Under the pieces are notes generated by a model. It worked only from the letters and a program-made list of their open reading frames with translations, searched no databases and had not been told where the DNA came from. A DNA stretch of 64,000 nt, taken from contig CAMAPT010000001.1 in NCBI GenBank assembly GCA_945860225.1, forward strand, positions 15,078-79,077, given 5' to 3'. Position numbers and translations under genes: made by a program. Below are positions 9,625 to 20,934 of the stretch, in pieces. Position 1 is the stretch's first letter. Each line of letters begins with the position of its first letter. Origin of the DNA: Chitinophaga pinensis. GTDB taxonomy: Bacteria; Bacteroidota; Bacteroidia; B-17B0; Aurantibacillaceae.

Positions 9625-10767
9625 CTATTTATATTTATCCGCTTTTTCTGTTTCTCCTAAACGTAAAAACAATTTACGTAACTGTTGCTTAGTAGCTTTG
9701 TCGGGCGAAACTTCATAAGACTTTTCAAAATTCACCACCGCTTTTTTAAAATAATCGTTTGCTTTAGTTTCATACTCCTTAGCTTTAGCCGTTTCATTTG
9801 GAGGAAGTGCTCCCAATTTTTCATTCCATTCATTACCAGAGTTAAAATACATAACCCCTAAATTGTAATTAGCGATTTCATAATCAGGCTTTATTTCCAA
9901 GGCTTTCAAATATTCGGTTTCTGCTTTATCCAATTCGCTTGTTTTTTGATATAAATTAGCCAAAATAACATGAAGCACTTCATTATCAGGAGCTAAATTA
10001 ATCGCATCATTTAATTTTGTTTTTAACTCGTTGGTTTTATTACGAGCCAAATAAATATTAATTTCTTGATTAACCAACTCCATATTATCTTCAAACATGA
10101 GTTTACCCTTTCCAATATATTCCAAAGCCTTTACAGTATCTCTGTCTAACAAAGATAATTTAACCATATCTGTAAAAATCTTTGGTTCTTTGTATTTAAT
10201 ATCAATCAATTTATCAGCATACTCTTTTGTTTTTTCTTTATTGGCAGCATATTTATACGTATCAAATTTATTGAACATTATTTTTTCCTTGGTAATATTT
10301 GCTCTTTTCATTCCTTGATCATAATCATAAGGTAAAGCTTGCTCCAATAATTCGAAACATTTAATGGCTTTATCAAAATCTTTATTTCCTTTATAAAAAT
10401 TTGCCTTTCCGTTAACAGCTGCAGCAGATTGAACCAACAATCCTTTCACTTCATCTTTGTAAACATTATCCTTATCCAAAGTCAAACATTTAACATAACT
10501 TTCTAGTGCTTTTTCTTGTGCATCAGCATCCAATGCTTTTACAACTTTTGAAGTATCAAAATAAATAGCTTGATAAACCTTACCTCTATACATCCACATT
10601 TTAGGATTATTCATTGTACTTTCGTGAACAGATGCTGCATCAGCAGATATTTTAGCTTTATCATATTCCTTATTTCTAAGATAATTGAATGTATTTTGAA
10701 CTTGATTGCTTTGAGCAAAAGATAAGGTTGTTATGGTCAACAAACCGGCTACAATACTTTTTTTCAT
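9625..10767 (-). CDS. Secreted TPR repeat protein (same architecture as the neighbouring 8263-9606 gene)
   Basis: Signal peptide ending SFAQ. TPR-like repeats, e.g. KALEIKPDYEIANYNLGVMYF. Confidence 0.75.
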   Translation of the reverse strand: MKKSIVAGLLTITTLSFAQSNQVQNTFNYLRNKEYDKAKISADAASVHESTMNNPKMWMYRGKVYQAIYFDTSKVVKALDADAQEKALESYVKCLTLDKDNVYKDEVKGLLVQSAAAVNGKANFYKGNKDFDKAIKCFELLEQALPYDYDQGMKRANITKEKIMFNKFDTYKYAANKEKTKEYADKLIDIKYKEPKIFTDMVKLSLLDRDTVKALEYIGKGKLMFEDNMELVNQEINIYLARNKTNELKTKLNDAINLAPDNEVLHVILANLYQKTSELDKAETEYLKALEIKPDYEIANYNLGVMYFNSGNEWNEKLGALPPNETAKAKEYETKANDYFKKAVVNFEKSYEVSPDKATKQQLRKLFLRLGETEKADKYK

Positions 10768-10864
10768 GTGTAATTTTACTATTTTTAGTTATTAAATGTA
10801 CCCTTATTTGCTATCTTTTAGTTTAAAGAAGAAATATTGATCTTTGATTTTTTTATTCTAATAT

Positions 10865-10894
10865 AAAAAAGCACTAGATATATCTAGTGCTTTT
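10865..10894 (-). terminator. Intrinsic terminator hairpin after the M16 peptidase gene (A-run/T-run on both sides)
   Basis: aaaaaagcactagatatatctagtgctttt; 11-bp stem. Confidence 0.55.
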
Positions 10895-10950
10895 ATGTTA
10901 TTTAATTTTCCATTGTATTATACAAAACAAATATTGTGCATTTGTATAAA

Positions 10951-13812
10951 TTAATCAACAGAAATCTTTTTTAATTTAACGTTATTTAAAACTTCTTTGT
11001 TTTTAGCGTCTTTTGCTGCTTTTTCCAACTGTGCTTCAATAATGGCTTTATCACCAACCACCACTGTTACTAGTTTATTGGCATCAAAATATTTCTTTAT
11101 TTGAGCATTCACATCATCTTTAGTCATATCTTTTAGAATTTGATTCTGCTTCACAGTAAATCCTTTATCTAAATTATATTTAACAATATCTGATAAGAAG
11201 GCTGCTTTTTGATATGGCGATTCATATTTAAGAGCCTCTTCGTTTAACAATGATTTTTTGGTAAACTCCAATTCTTTATCAGTAATACCATTCGTTTGAT
11301 ATTTATTAAATTCTTTAATAATTTCGGCTAAAGATAATGCAGTTGCCGGACGTTTTACTGAAGACGAAATTTGGAAAGTACCTGCATATTTACCTCCACT
11401 AAAATTGGAACGAATGCCATAAGTGTAACCTTTCTCTTCACGTAAATTCAAATTCAAACGACTATTGAAAGCACCTCCAAATACAAAGTTGGCTACTCTG
11501 TTTTTGTAATAATCTCCTGTTGCATCAAATTTTAAAGAAGGATACCCCATTTGTATAACAGAAGAAGGTGCTCCATACTTGTTATAAATAAAAAATTGCG
11601 GCTCAGTAGTTGTTTTAGGTTCAACTATTGGTTGAATTTTCACTTCTTTTGCTTTCCATTTATTCAAAAATTCTAATTTGGTAAGCAAATCTTTTTCTTC
11701 TATATCTCCAACAACAACCAAACTAGTAACAGAAGGAGAGTAAAAATTACTGTAGTACTCTTTTACATCAGCTAACTCAACATTATCTATTGTTTTAATA
11801 GAAGGAGACACTCCCATAACCGTATTGCCATAGGTTGCAAAATTAAATGCTCTACTAGCCATTGTATTTGCGCTAGTTTCATCATTTTTTATACTTTCTT
11901 TGTATTGTTTTTTAGCCAATTTAAAATCTTCAGGATTAAAACCAGGATTGAATAGTTTTTCTTCCAAAAGTTTCAAAGTTGCATCCAAATTCTTTTTAAT
12001 AGTTCTCACATTGATTGAGGTTGCTCCTTTTGAAGCATAAAAACTAATAGAACTACCTAATTTTTCTAATTCAGCACTAATTTGCTCTGTTGTGAAATTT
12101 TTAGTTCCTTCATTCATTGTATTTGCTGTTAGTTCAGCAACACCCAATTTTTTCAATTGATCGTTTGTTAATACCATGCTCCCACCCTCAATAGTTAATA
12201 CAAGCGTAATTTCAGGAGTTTCGGTATTTTTTGTTCCAATAATATTAATACCATTAGTTAATTTATTAGAAAAATAATCAGGCACTTTCACAGGTTTAGC
12301 ATCTCCTGAAATTGGTCTAGCAGCTCTATCAAATTTATCTGCTGACGGCGTATAATTTAAACCGGCATATTCCGGATTTGGAGCAAACTTAACATTAGAA
12401 TAAGGATTAATACTTTTTACCGAATCTTTTTGATTCATAATTGGATAAGTATTCAATACAGCTGCCCCAGCACCTTTTATATATTTATTGAATACACGTG
12501 TAATATCATCTTTAGTTACTTTGTTATATCTATCAATTTCGTCAGATAAGGTAGATGTCTTTCCTTGTAAACGTTCCCATTCTGAAATTTGTGTTGCTTT
12601 ATTTTCTACAGTAGATAATAAATCATACATACTTGATTCAACTTGAGATTTTGCTCTCAACAAAGCCTCATCGGTTATTCCTGAATTTCCAAATTCATCA
12701 ATAGTGGCCTTAACCTTATTGTCAATATCTGTAAATAATTTTTCTAAATTAAAATCTTCAGGAGGATAGGCAAAAATTTGGATTGAAAATTCCCCACCCA
12801 ATTCTTTTGAACGATGGCTTGCGGAAGCTTCTACCGCTAATTTAGATTTTACGAAATTTTTATAAAAAATAGAGTTATTCCCATTTCCCATCATTAATCC
12901 AAGTAAATCTAAAGCGGGCTCATCTCTATTATATTGAGGTACCGTAGGGTATGATCTCAAATTCAAAGGAAAATACGTACGGTCTTTATAGGCGGTATAT
13001 TTATCACTTGCTAATGTAACAGGTGGAACTCTCATTTTCTTTACCTCCGGACAAGGTTTCAATCCTCCAAAATATTTATCAATCATGGCTATAGCTTCGG
13101 TTGTATTAAAATCACCAGAAAGCGTCACAATAGCATTATTAGGGCCATACCAACGCAAAAAGAAATTTTTCACATCATCCAAATTAGCACGATTTAAATC
13201 ATCCACATAACCAATAACAGGCCAACTATATGGATGCCCCTCCGGATACAATGCCTTATTTATTTCTTCAACAAATGCCATAGCATATGGCTGATTTTCT
13301 ACATTTTGAGATTTCTCGTTTTTTACAGCATCGCGTTGATTCTCAAATTTCTTTGTGGTTAAAGAATCTAATAAAAATCCCATGCGATCAGCTTCCAACC
13401 AAAGTGCCATTTCTAAATTGTTTGAAGGAATCGTTTCCCAATAAACCGTTTTATCTTCTGTTGTATAGCCATTCATTTCTCCACCTGCTGAAGACACAAT
13501 TTTAAAATGTTCCTCATCAGCGACGTGTTTTGAGCCTTGAAACATCATGTGCTCAAAGAAATGAGCAAACCCAGATTTACCAATACTTTCTCTGTTAGAA
13601 CCTACCTTATAGGTAACCATTACCTGAACTAAAGGATCGGAATGATCTTCGTTTAATAAAACGGTTAATCCATTTGGTAATTTCCACTTTTCGTAAGGAA
13701 TAACTACCTTATCAGATTTAGCTTCTACCTTTTCAATGAGTGTAGGTTGAGCCTCCAAAGATGTAAAGCCTAATAGACCTAATGCACCTGTTACAATGAT
13801 TTTTTTATTCAT
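10951..13812 (-). CDS. M16 family (insulinase/pitrilysin-like) zinc peptidase, fused double-unit form
   Basis: Inverted zinc motif HFFEHMMFQG (HxxEH). About 950 aa, consistent with two tandem M16 units. Signal peptide present. Confidence 0.9.
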   Translation of the reverse strand: MNKKIIVTGALGLLGFTSLEAQPTLIEKVEAKSDKVVIPYEKWKLPNGLTVLLNEDHSDPLVQVMVTYKVGSNRESIGKSGFAHFFEHMMFQGSKHVADEEHFKIVSSAGGEMNGYTTEDKTVYWETIPSNNLEMALWLEADRMGFLLDSLTTKKFENQRDAVKNEKSQNVENQPYAMAFVEEINKALYPEGHPYSWPVIGYVDDLNRANLDDVKNFFLRWYGPNNAIVTLSGDFNTTEAIAMIDKYFGGLKPCPEVKKMRVPPVTLASDKYTAYKDRTYFPLNLRSYPTVPQYNRDEPALDLLGLMMGNGNNSIFYKNFVKSKLAVEASASHRSKELGGEFSIQIFAYPPEDFNLEKLFTDIDNKVKATIDEFGNSGITDEALLRAKSQVESSMYDLLSTVENKATQISEWERLQGKTSTLSDEIDRYNKVTKDDITRVFNKYIKGAGAAVLNTYPIMNQKDSVKSINPYSNVKFAPNPEYAGLNYTPSADKFDRAARPISGDAKPVKVPDYFSNKLTNGINIIGTKNTETPEITLVLTIEGGSMVLTNDQLKKLGVAELTANTMNEGTKNFTTEQISAELEKLGSSISFYASKGATSINVRTIKKNLDATLKLLEEKLFNPGFNPEDFKLAKKQYKESIKNDETSANTMASRAFNFATYGNTVMGVSPSIKTIDNVELADVKEYYSNFYSPSVTSLVVVGDIEEKDLLTKLEFLNKWKAKEVKIQPIVEPKTTTEPQFFIYNKYGAPSSVIQMGYPSLKFDATGDYYKNRVANFVFGGAFNSRLNLNLREEKGYTYGIRSNFSGGKYAGTFQISSSVKRPATALSLAEIIKEFNKYQTNGITDKELEFTKKSLLNEEALKYESPYQKAAFLSDIVKYNLDKGFTVKQNQILKDMTKDDVNAQIKKYFDANKLVTVVVGDKAIIEAQLEKAAKDAKNKEVLNNVKLKKISVD

Positions 13813-13851
13813 ACCTATTTTTATGTTACTTTTTCTTATTCTTATGATTGT

Positions 13852-16398
13852 TTATTTGGTATCATCAACCTGTGTATTATTTTCACTTTCACTAGATTCA
13901 GATGAAGGAATTTCACTAGTTGGTACATCAGTGGATGTTTCTATTTCTGGTTCGTCTTCATGATCTACTTTTGTAATAGCTGCTATACTATCATTATCTT
14001 GAATGTTGATTAATCGAACTCCTTGAGTAGCACGCCCCATAACTCGTAAATCAGATACATTCATCCGAATAGCAATTCCATTTTTAGTAATAATCATTAA
14101 GTCATTTGCATCTGTTACTGATTTAATACCAACTAAGTTTCCTGTTTTTTCAGTAATGTTAATTGTTTTTACTCCTTTACCACCGCGATTTGTTATACGA
14201 TACTCTTCAATATCCGAACGTTTACCATATCCTTTATCAGAAACGACTAGTACGTTAGCTTGTTTATCATCAATACAAATCATACCAACTACTTCATTAT
14301 TTCCACCCTCTTCGTCATTTAAATCAATACCAATTACACCTGAAGCATTACGTCCCATTGGACGAACTTTCTCCTCCGGAAAACGACAAACCTTACCTAA
14401 TTTAGTAGCAATCATAATTTCATTGCTGCCATTAGTTAACGCGGCTTCCAATAAAACATCTCCTTCGCGAATAGTAATGGCATTAATACCATTAGCTCTT
14501 GGACGAGAATAGGCTTCTACCGAAGTTTTTTTAATGATACCATCTTTAGTACATAATATAATGTAATTATTATTAATATACTCCTCATCTTGTAAGTTTT
14601 TGATATTGATAAATGCTTTTACTTTATCATCTGGAGCTATGCTGATAATATTTTGGATAGCACGTCCTTTACTTTGTTTATTTCCTTCAGGAACTTCATA
14701 TGCTCTAATCCAGTAGCATTGGCCCTTTTCGGTAAATAATAAAATATAGTTATGAGTAGATGCAATAAACATGTGTTCTACAAAATCTTCATCACGAGTC
14801 GCAGTTCCTTTACTTCCTCTTCCACCCCTATTTTGTGCACGATATTCTGCAAGATTTGTACGCTTCATATATCCTAAATGAGAAATTGTAATAACAACAT
14901 CCTCATCCGCTATCATATCTTCAATTCTTAAATCATCGCCAGCATATACGATATCCGTGCGACGTTCATCTCCATACTTTTCTTTAATTTCAACTAACTC
15001 TTCACGTATAATTTTGTAACGCAATGTTTCATTTCCTAAAATCTCTTTATAATAGGCTATACTCTTCATTAACTCCTCATATTCTGCATTTAATTTATCA
15101 ACCTCTAATCCGGTTAATGTTCTTAAACGCATATCTAAAATGGCCCTTGCTTGAATTTCTGACAAAGAAAAACGGGTAATTAATTCATCTTTAGCAGCAT
15201 CAGGGCTTTCACTTTCACGAATGATTTTAATGACTTCTTCGATATTTTTTTGAGCAATTAGTAACCCTTCTAAAATATGAGCGCGCTTCTCAGCTTGCAT
15301 TAAATCAAACTTTGTTCTCCGAACAATCACTTCATGACGGTGTTCCACAAAATGAAAAATCATATCTTTTAGATTTAACATTTCTGGTCTGCCTTTCACT
15401 AAAACTACATTATTGATTGAGAATGAAGTTTGTAAAGCTGAATATTTAAATAAATTATTTAAAACAACATTTGAAATTGCATCGGTTCTTAACTCATAAA
15501 CAATACGCATTCCTTCTCGATTACTCTCATCTCTAATTTCGGTAATGCCTTCAATTTTTTTCTCATTGCATAATTCCCATTGTCGTTTAATCATTTCCGC
15601 CTTATTTATTTGATAAGGAATTTCGGTTACAACAATACGCTCACGATTATTAATAGGTTCTATACTTGCTTTAGAACGCATAACTACACGACCGCGACCA
15701 GTGTGAAAAGCTTCTTTTACACCTTCATAGCCATAAATAGTTCCTCCGGTAGGAAAATCAGGAGCCTTAATATGTTTCATTAAGCCATCAACATCAATCG
15801 AATTATCATCGATATATGCCAAAACACCATTGATAATTTCGGTTAAATTATGTGGGGCCATATTCGTAGCCATACCAACAGCAATTCCAGAAGCACCATT
15901 CATTAATAGGTTAGGAATACGAGATGGTAAAACAGTAGGTTCAGTTAACGAATCATCAAAATTAGGTCTAAAATCAACCGTATCTTTTTCTATATCGCTA
16001 AGCATTTCTTCAGTAATTTTACGCAAACGTGCTTCAGTATAACGCATGGCTGCAGGTGGATCTCCATCAATGGATCCATAATTTCCTTGACCATCAACCA
16101 ACATATATCTTAAACTCCAATCCTGCGCCATACGAACCATCGTATCATAAACAGATGTATCGCCATGAGGATGATATTTACCTAAAACCTCCCCAACAAT
16201 ACGAGCAGATTTTTTGTATGGACGATTATGCAATACTCCCAAATCCAACATCCCATATAACACACGACGATGAACTGGTTTTAAACCATCTCTTACATCA
16301 GGCAGTGCACGCGACACAATGACAGACATTGAATAATCAATGTATGCCGTTTTCATTTCTTCTTCAATATTAATCGGAATAATTTTTTCTCCACTCAT
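13852..16398 (-). CDS. gyrA: DNA gyrase subunit A
   Basis: [14 protein letters not shown] (QRDR region), catalytic-Tyr context [11 protein letters not shown]-terminal beta-pinwheel repeats and an acidic tail. Confidence 0.97.
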   Translation of the reverse strand: MSGEKIIPINIEEEMKTAYIDYSMSVIVSRALPDVRDGLKPVHRRVLYGMLDLGVLHNRPYKKSARIVGEVLGKYHPHGDTSVYDTMVRMAQDWSLRYMLVDGQGNYGSIDGDPPAAMRYTEARLRKITEEMLSDIEKDTVDFRPNFDDSLTEPTVLPSRIPNLLMNGASGIAVGMATNMAPHNLTEIINGVLAYIDDNSIDVDGLMKHIKAPDFPTGGTIYGYEGVKEAFHTGRGRVVMRSKASIEPINNRERIVVTEIPYQINKAEMIKRQWELCNEKKIEGITEIRDESNREGMRIVYELRTDAISNVVLNNLFKYSALQTSFSINNVVLVKGRPEMLNLKDMIFHFVEHRHEVIVRRTKFDLMQAEKRAHILEGLLIAQKNIEEVIKIIRESESPDAAKDELITRFSLSEIQARAILDMRLRTLTGLEVDKLNAEYEELMKSIAYYKEILGNETLRYKIIREELVEIKEKYGDERRTDIVYAGDDLRIEDMIADEDVVITISHLGYMKRTNLAEYRAQNRGGRGSKGTATRDEDFVEHMFIASTHNYILLFTEKGQCYWIRAYEVPEGNKQSKGRAIQNIISIAPDDKVKAFINIKNLQDEEYINNNYIILCTKDGIIKKTSVEAYSRPRANGINAITIREGDVLLEAALTNGSNEIMIATKLGKVCRFPEEKVRPMGRNASGVIGIDLNDEEGGNNEVVGMICIDDKQANVLVVSDKGYGKRSDIEEYRITNRGGKGVKTINITEKTGNLVGIKSVTDANDLMIITKNGIAIRMNVSDLRVMGRATQGVRLINIQDNDSIAAITKVDHEDEPEIETSTDVPTSEIPSSESSESENNTQVDDTK

Positions 16399-16463
16399 AT
16401 TTTCTTTACAATTTTATCGGTTAAATATCATTTGTGTAACAATCCTCGTTTTAACTGTTTAAA

Positions 16464-16480
16464 AAACTAAATTTTAGTTT
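16464..16480. promoter_or_regulatory. Perfect 17-bp palindrome AAACTAAA-T-TTTAGTTT in the gyrA/clpC divergent intergenic region (possible operator)
   Basis: Read directly from the sequence. A second 8-bp inverted repeat, ataactat/atagttat, lies at 16518-16542. Confidence 0.2.
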
Positions 16481-16605
16481 CTTTTAACCCCTAATAGACT
16501 TTGAAAATACCGATTTTATAACTATCTTAGATGTATAGTTATTAACAGATTTAATGTTAAAAAAATACCGCCAAAAAGTTCATATAGCTGACATATTCGG
16601 TTACT

Positions 16606-16631
16606 TTTGATTATGGCATTAATTATGTTTG
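16606..16631 (+). promoter_or_regulatory. Candidate Bacteroidota-type promoter for clpC (-7 box TATGTTTG at 16624-16631; TTTG at 16606-16609)
   Basis: Matches the TAnnTTTG consensus 26 nt upstream of the ATG. The spacing to the upstream TTTG is only 14 nt, shorter than usual. Confidence 0.3.
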
Positions 16632-16657
16632 AACTTTAATAAAGAACTAAAAATATT

Positions 16658-19189
16658 ATGGAAGCAAAATTTTCACAACGTGTAAAAGACGTTATAACGT
16701 TTAGCCGAGAAGAAGCTCTAAGACTTGGGCATGATTATATTGGAATTGAACACTTAATGCTAGGCATGATTCGTGATGGTGAAGGCGTTGGTATCAAATT
16801 ACTCAAAAACCTTGGAATGAATATTCAAGATTTAAGAAAGCAAATTGAGCAAAATTTACCTATTTCAATGCGTAAAATAAATAATCTAGCTAACATACCA
16901 TTAGTAAAACAAGCCGAAAAAACACTAAAACTAACCTATTTAGAAGCAAAGGTTTTTAAAGCACCACAAATTGGAACAGAGCATTTATTAATGTGTATTT
17001 TAAAAGATAATGATAATGTTGTGTCCAAAACACTAGAAAAAAATGGCATTGATTATAATGCTGTAAAGCAAGAACTAGAAGGTTTTATGGAAAATCCTCA
17101 TAAAATTGAAAATGCTGCAACTGGAGATGACGATGATAATGAAGAATCATTTGGAGGAGGTACCGGAAGTTCTAAAAAACCGGGAGATTCAAAATCTAGA
17201 ACACCTGTCTTAGATAACTTTGGTAGAGATTTAACCAAAATGGCTGAAGACGGAAAATTAGATCCTGTTGTTGGTCGTGAAAAAGAAATTGAACGTGTAT
17301 CGCAAATTTTATCACGTCGTAAGAAAAATAATCCCATTTTAATTGGGGAGCCAGGAGTTGGTAAATCAGCAGTGGCAGAAGGGTTGGCGTTACGTATTAT
17401 ACAACGTAAAGTTTCTCGTGTGTTATTTGGTAAAAGAGTAGTAACTTTAGACTTAGCCTCTTTAGTTGCTGGAACCAAATATCGTGGTCAATTTGAAGAG
17501 CGAATGAAAGCTGTCATGAATGAATTAGAAAAAAATCCGGATGTGATTTTATTCATTGATGAAATTCATACTATAATTGGAGCTGGAGGAGCAAGTGGCA
17601 GTATGGATGCTAGTAATATGTTTAAACCAGCATTAGCTCGTGGTGAAATTCAATGTATTGGTGCGACAACACTAGATGAATTCCGTCAACATATCGAAAA
17701 AGATGGTGCTTTAGAACGTCGTTTTCAAAAAGTAATTATTGAACCTGCCACGCAAGATGAAACTCTTCAAATTTTAACTAATATCAAATCAAAATACGAA
17801 GAGCATCATAATGTAACATATACTCCTGAAGCCATTAAAGCATGTGTAACATTAACTGCTCGCTATTTAACCGATAGACATTTACCAGATAAAGCAATTG
17901 ATGCTTTAGACGAAGTAGGTTCTAGGGTTCACATTACAAATATTAATGTTCCTGAAAACGTTTTGGAACTTGAGAAAAAAATGGAAGATATCAAGGAGTT
18001 GAAAAATCAGGTTGTTCGTTCTCAAAAATATGAAGAAGCGGCTAAACTCAGAGATACAGAAAAACAATTACAAAGCCAATTAGATATAGCTAAAAAGGCA
18101 TGGGAGGAAGAAACTAAACAGAATAAAGTTACAGTTACTGAAGACAATGTTGCAGAAGTTGTATCTATGATGAGTGGTGTTCCTGTTCAACGAATTTCTC
18201 AAAATGAAGGTGAGAAATTAGTCAAAATGGTTGAACAGTTGCAAGGAAAAGTCATTGGTCAGGATGAAGCGCTGAAAAAAGTTGTAAAAGCCATTCAACG
18301 TAACCGTGCAGGATTAAAAGATCCTAATAAACCAATTGGATCGTTCATCTTTTTAGGTCCTACAGGGGTAGGAAAAACGCAGCTTGCAAAAATATTAGCA
18401 AGACATTTGTTTGATAATGATGAAGCGTTGATTCGTATAGATATGAGCGAATACATGGAGAAATTTGCAGTCACTCGTTTAATTGGTGCGCCTCCGGGAT
18501 ATGTTGGATATGAAGAAGGTGGACAATTAACTGAAAAAGTGAGACGCAGACCTTATTCAGTCATTTTATTAGATGAAATCGAAAAAGCTCATCCTGATGT
18601 CTTTAACATGTTATTACAAGTTTTAGATGATGGTCAATTAACAGATAGTTTAGGTCGTAAAATTGATTTCAAAAATACAATCATTATTATGACTTCTAAT
18701 ATAGGGGCTCGACAATTAAAAGAATTTGGAACAGGTGTAGGGTTTGGAACACAAACTAGACAAAATAATGAAGCTGAAATGAACAAAGGTGTAGTTGAAA
18801 ATGCCTTGAAAAAAGCTTTTGCACCTGAGTTTTTAAATCGTATTGATGATGTCATTATGTTTAACTCTCTTGACAAAGCGGATATACATAAAATTATTGA
18901 TATTGAATTAAAAGGATTATTTAGTCGTGTGAATGGTTTAGGTTATGTCATTACGATTACTGATGCTGCTAAAGATTTTATTGTTGAAAAAGGCTACGAT
19001 GCTCAATACGGAGCGAGACCATTAAAACGAGCCATTCAAAAATACTTAGAAGATCCAATGGCAGAAGAAATTATTCAAAGTAATTTGGCAGAGGGTGATC
19101 AAATTGAAATTGATTACGATAACGATAAAAAAGAAATTATTGTCAAAACAATTAAACCAAAATCTAGAAAGAAAAAAGAAGACAGCTAA
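16658..19189 (+). CDS. clpC: ATP-dependent Clp protease ATP-binding subunit ClpC (class I AAA+)
   Basis: Clp_N repeats. Walker A GEPGVGKSA and GPTGVGKTQ. UVR-like linker YEEAAKLRD. Two AAA+ modules. Confidence 0.93.
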   Translation: MEAKFSQRVKDVITFSREEALRLGHDYIGIEHLMLGMIRDGEGVGIKLLKNLGMNIQDLRKQIEQNLPISMRKINNLANIPLVKQAEKTLKLTYLEAKVFKAPQIGTEHLLMCILKDNDNVVSKTLEKNGIDYNAVKQELEGFMENPHKIENAATGDDDDNEESFGGGTGSSKKPGDSKSRTPVLDNFGRDLTKMAEDGKLDPVVGREKEIERVSQILSRRKKNNPILIGEPGVGKSAVAEGLALRIIQRKVSRVLFGKRVVTLDLASLVAGTKYRGQFEERMKAVMNELEKNPDVILFIDEIHTIIGAGGASGSMDASNMFKPALARGEIQCIGATTLDEFRQHIEKDGALERRFQKVIIEPATQDETLQILTNIKSKYEEHHNVTYTPEAIKACVTLTARYLTDRHLPDKAIDALDEVGSRVHITNINVPENVLELEKKMEDIKELKNQVVRSQKYEEAAKLRDTEKQLQSQLDIAKKAWEEETKQNKVTVTEDNVAEVVSMMSGVPVQRISQNEGEKLVKMVEQLQGKVIGQDEALKKVVKAIQRNRAGLKDPNKPIGSFIFLGPTGVGKTQLAKILARHLFDNDEALIRIDMSEYMEKFAVTRLIGAPPGYVGYEEGGQLTEKVRRRPYSVILLDEIEKAHPDVFNMLLQVLDDGQLTDSLGRKIDFKNTIIIMTSNIGARQLKEFGTGVGFGTQTRQNNEAEMNKGVVENALKKAFAPEFLNRIDDVIMFNSLDKADIHKIIDIELKGLFSRVNGLGYVITITDAAKDFIVEKGYDAQYGARPLKRAIQKYLEDPMAEEIIQSNLAEGDQIEIDYDNDKKEIIVKTIKPKSRKKKEDS

Positions 19190-19196
19190 TAAAAAA

Positions 19197-19232
19197 AAGA
19201 GCCCTTTCAAAATTGAAAGGGCTCTTTTTTTA
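19197..19232 (+). terminator. Strong intrinsic terminator of clpC
   Basis: aagagccctttcaaaattgaaagggctctt followed by a T-run, 8 nt after the stop codon. Confidence 0.8.
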
Positions 19233-19265
19233 TTTAACATTATAGAGTAATTACATATTCAAAAT

Positions 19266-20846
19266 TTATTGTAACAGAAAACTAAAAATTTTGTTCCCCC
19301 TTGCAGGTTGAACAATTCTATTTCCAAAAGCAATGGGAGAAGATTCAAAAATAGAACCAGTATTATTCTTAAAAAGAATCTTTCCAGAATCTCCATCAAT
19401 CAAATAAATATTTCCACCTACATCAGAAAAATAAATAAATGGCTTACCTACATGATTATATAAAGCAATTGGAGATACCCAACTGTAATTTTCAATTGGA
19501 AGTTCGTATTTCAATTTTCCTGTATGAATATTTACACACACCAATTTTGCGCAGCCTACAGAATCTGTTCGAGAAAAAATAGTCCATATCCAATCTTTAG
19601 CTTTATTAATACCAACAAGCGGTGTACTTAACATTCCTCCACTATTTATTTTAGGGAAAACTCTTGAATAACAGCGTGTTTTATATTCCCATATTAAATG
19701 TCCTGTTAGGCCATTTAATTTGCGCAGATAACTATAGCCTTTCAATCCTTGATGATCAACTTCGTTTCCAATGAATACGTAAGGCGTGTCATTTTTAATT
19801 TGTAATACAGGAGAAGCATCTGTATCATCCGTATTATTAAAATGCCATCTAGGTTTCATAGTATGTAAATTAACACAAAATACGTGGCCTGCATTATCAG
19901 AAAAATAACATAAATTGTGATAAGCTGCCGGACTAGATTCAATTCCTTGCTGTTTATATTTTGAAATAAAATAACGGTACTGATGAATAAGTGCTTTTTT
20001 ATCATTTTTCAAAATTCCTTTATAAATAACCCCAGATTCTGTTGGCCAAATAAACGAATTAGCTTTTGCATCAATAAGTGGAGACGCATCACAAGCTCCC
20101 CATTTGCCATAAGCAAAACTTGAAGGCATTTTTTCTAAATGAACAAGTGCATTAGTTTTAAGATTAAATATTCTCCAACCAAAACTCCCATTGTGCTGAA
20201 CTCCCTGTCCAACAAATAAATAATTTTTATTGATTTTATCAATACTTGGAGTTCCTTTTATTGGATTCGAAATCGAAATTGGTAATCTCGTTGGTTTGCC
20301 CGAATCAAAATCCAAAAAATAAATTTTACCGCAAAGTGAAACCTGAATTATTTCTTTCAATGGAGTTTGTCTATTTTTAAATTCGGGAAAAATAGCGTGT
20401 ATATTTTTTAATTCCTCATTTTTCCAAATAACTAACAATGGCTGACCTGTCCAACCTGCCCCTCCACCCCATGTTCCATATTTTCCATGAATCGTATCAT
20501 ATTCTGTTCTATAAATCCAACCTGTTATTATTTTAGTAGGAGTTACAGACATAATACCTTTTACTGGTGAATTTCTCTGAGCTCCTCCTCTAAAAGTAAA
20601 TATACCTGATGTATCATATTGATCGTTTTCAAAATTAATGATAGAATCTTTTGCAGAATAAGGCTGATTTGACTCTAAGACAAAATTAGAATCAATAAGA
20701 TTTTCAAAAAAGTATGTATTTTCTTCAACCGAATCTTTAAATATTAATTTGTCATTCATGTTTTCTTCAGTTCCGGTAAGCTTACCGCATCCAAAAAAAA
20801 ATTGAAAAATCATCAATAAAATAAATACAAAAGAAAATATTCGCAT
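19266..20846 (-). CDS. PQQ-like beta-propeller repeat lipoprotein (BamB-like fold)
   Basis: Lipobox FFFGCG. Recurrent G-x-(I/V)-(Y/F)-x-(L/V)-(D/N)-x-x-(S/T)-G-K-x-x-(W/Y) repeats, e.g. GKIYFLDFDSGK, GHVFCVNLHTMKPRWHF, GNIYLIDGDSGKILFK. Confidence 0.6.
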   Translation of the reverse strand: MRIFSFVFILLMIFQFFFGCGKLTGTEENMNDKLIFKDSVEENTYFFENLIDSNFVLESNQPYSAKDSIINFENDQYDTSGIFTFRGGAQRNSPVKGIMSVTPTKIITGWIYRTEYDTIHGKYGTWGGGAGWTGQPLLVIWKNEELKNIHAIFPEFKNRQTPLKEIIQVSLCGKIYFLDFDSGKPTRLPISISNPIKGTPSIDKINKNYLFVGQGVQHNGSFGWRIFNLKTNALVHLEKMPSSFAYGKWGACDASPLIDAKANSFIWPTESGVIYKGILKNDKKALIHQYRYFISKYKQQGIESSPAAYHNLCYFSDNAGHVFCVNLHTMKPRWHFNNTDDTDASPVLQIKNDTPYVFIGNEVDHQGLKGYSYLRKLNGLTGHLIWEYKTRCYSRVFPKINSGGMLSTPLVGINKAKDWIWTIFSRTDSVGCAKLVCVNIHTGKLKYELPIENYSWVSPIALYNHVGKPFIYFSDVGGNIYLIDGDSGKILFKNNTGSIFESSPIAFGNRIVQPARGNKIFSFLLQ

Positions 20847-20934
20847 GTTAGCTAATTGGGTGGATTACCATAGAGAAAAAAATAATGTAACGTTACTATT
20901 TTGTGCAGAATACACTTCAAAAAATAATGGATTA

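Noticed and set aside
14156-16322. Plus-strand ORFs of 67-118 aa (14156-14512, 15580-15783, 15830-16042, 16029-16322) inside gyrA
   Set aside because: They lie antisense to a confidently identified, full-length gyrA. The translations are low-complexity and lack motifs. They are typical shadow ORFs.
17098-17478. 126-aa minus-strand ORF (and 18634-18876, 19046-19240) overlapping clpC
   Set aside because: They lie antisense to clpC and have no recognisable features. The last one also runs through the clpC terminator. Treated as shadow ORFs.
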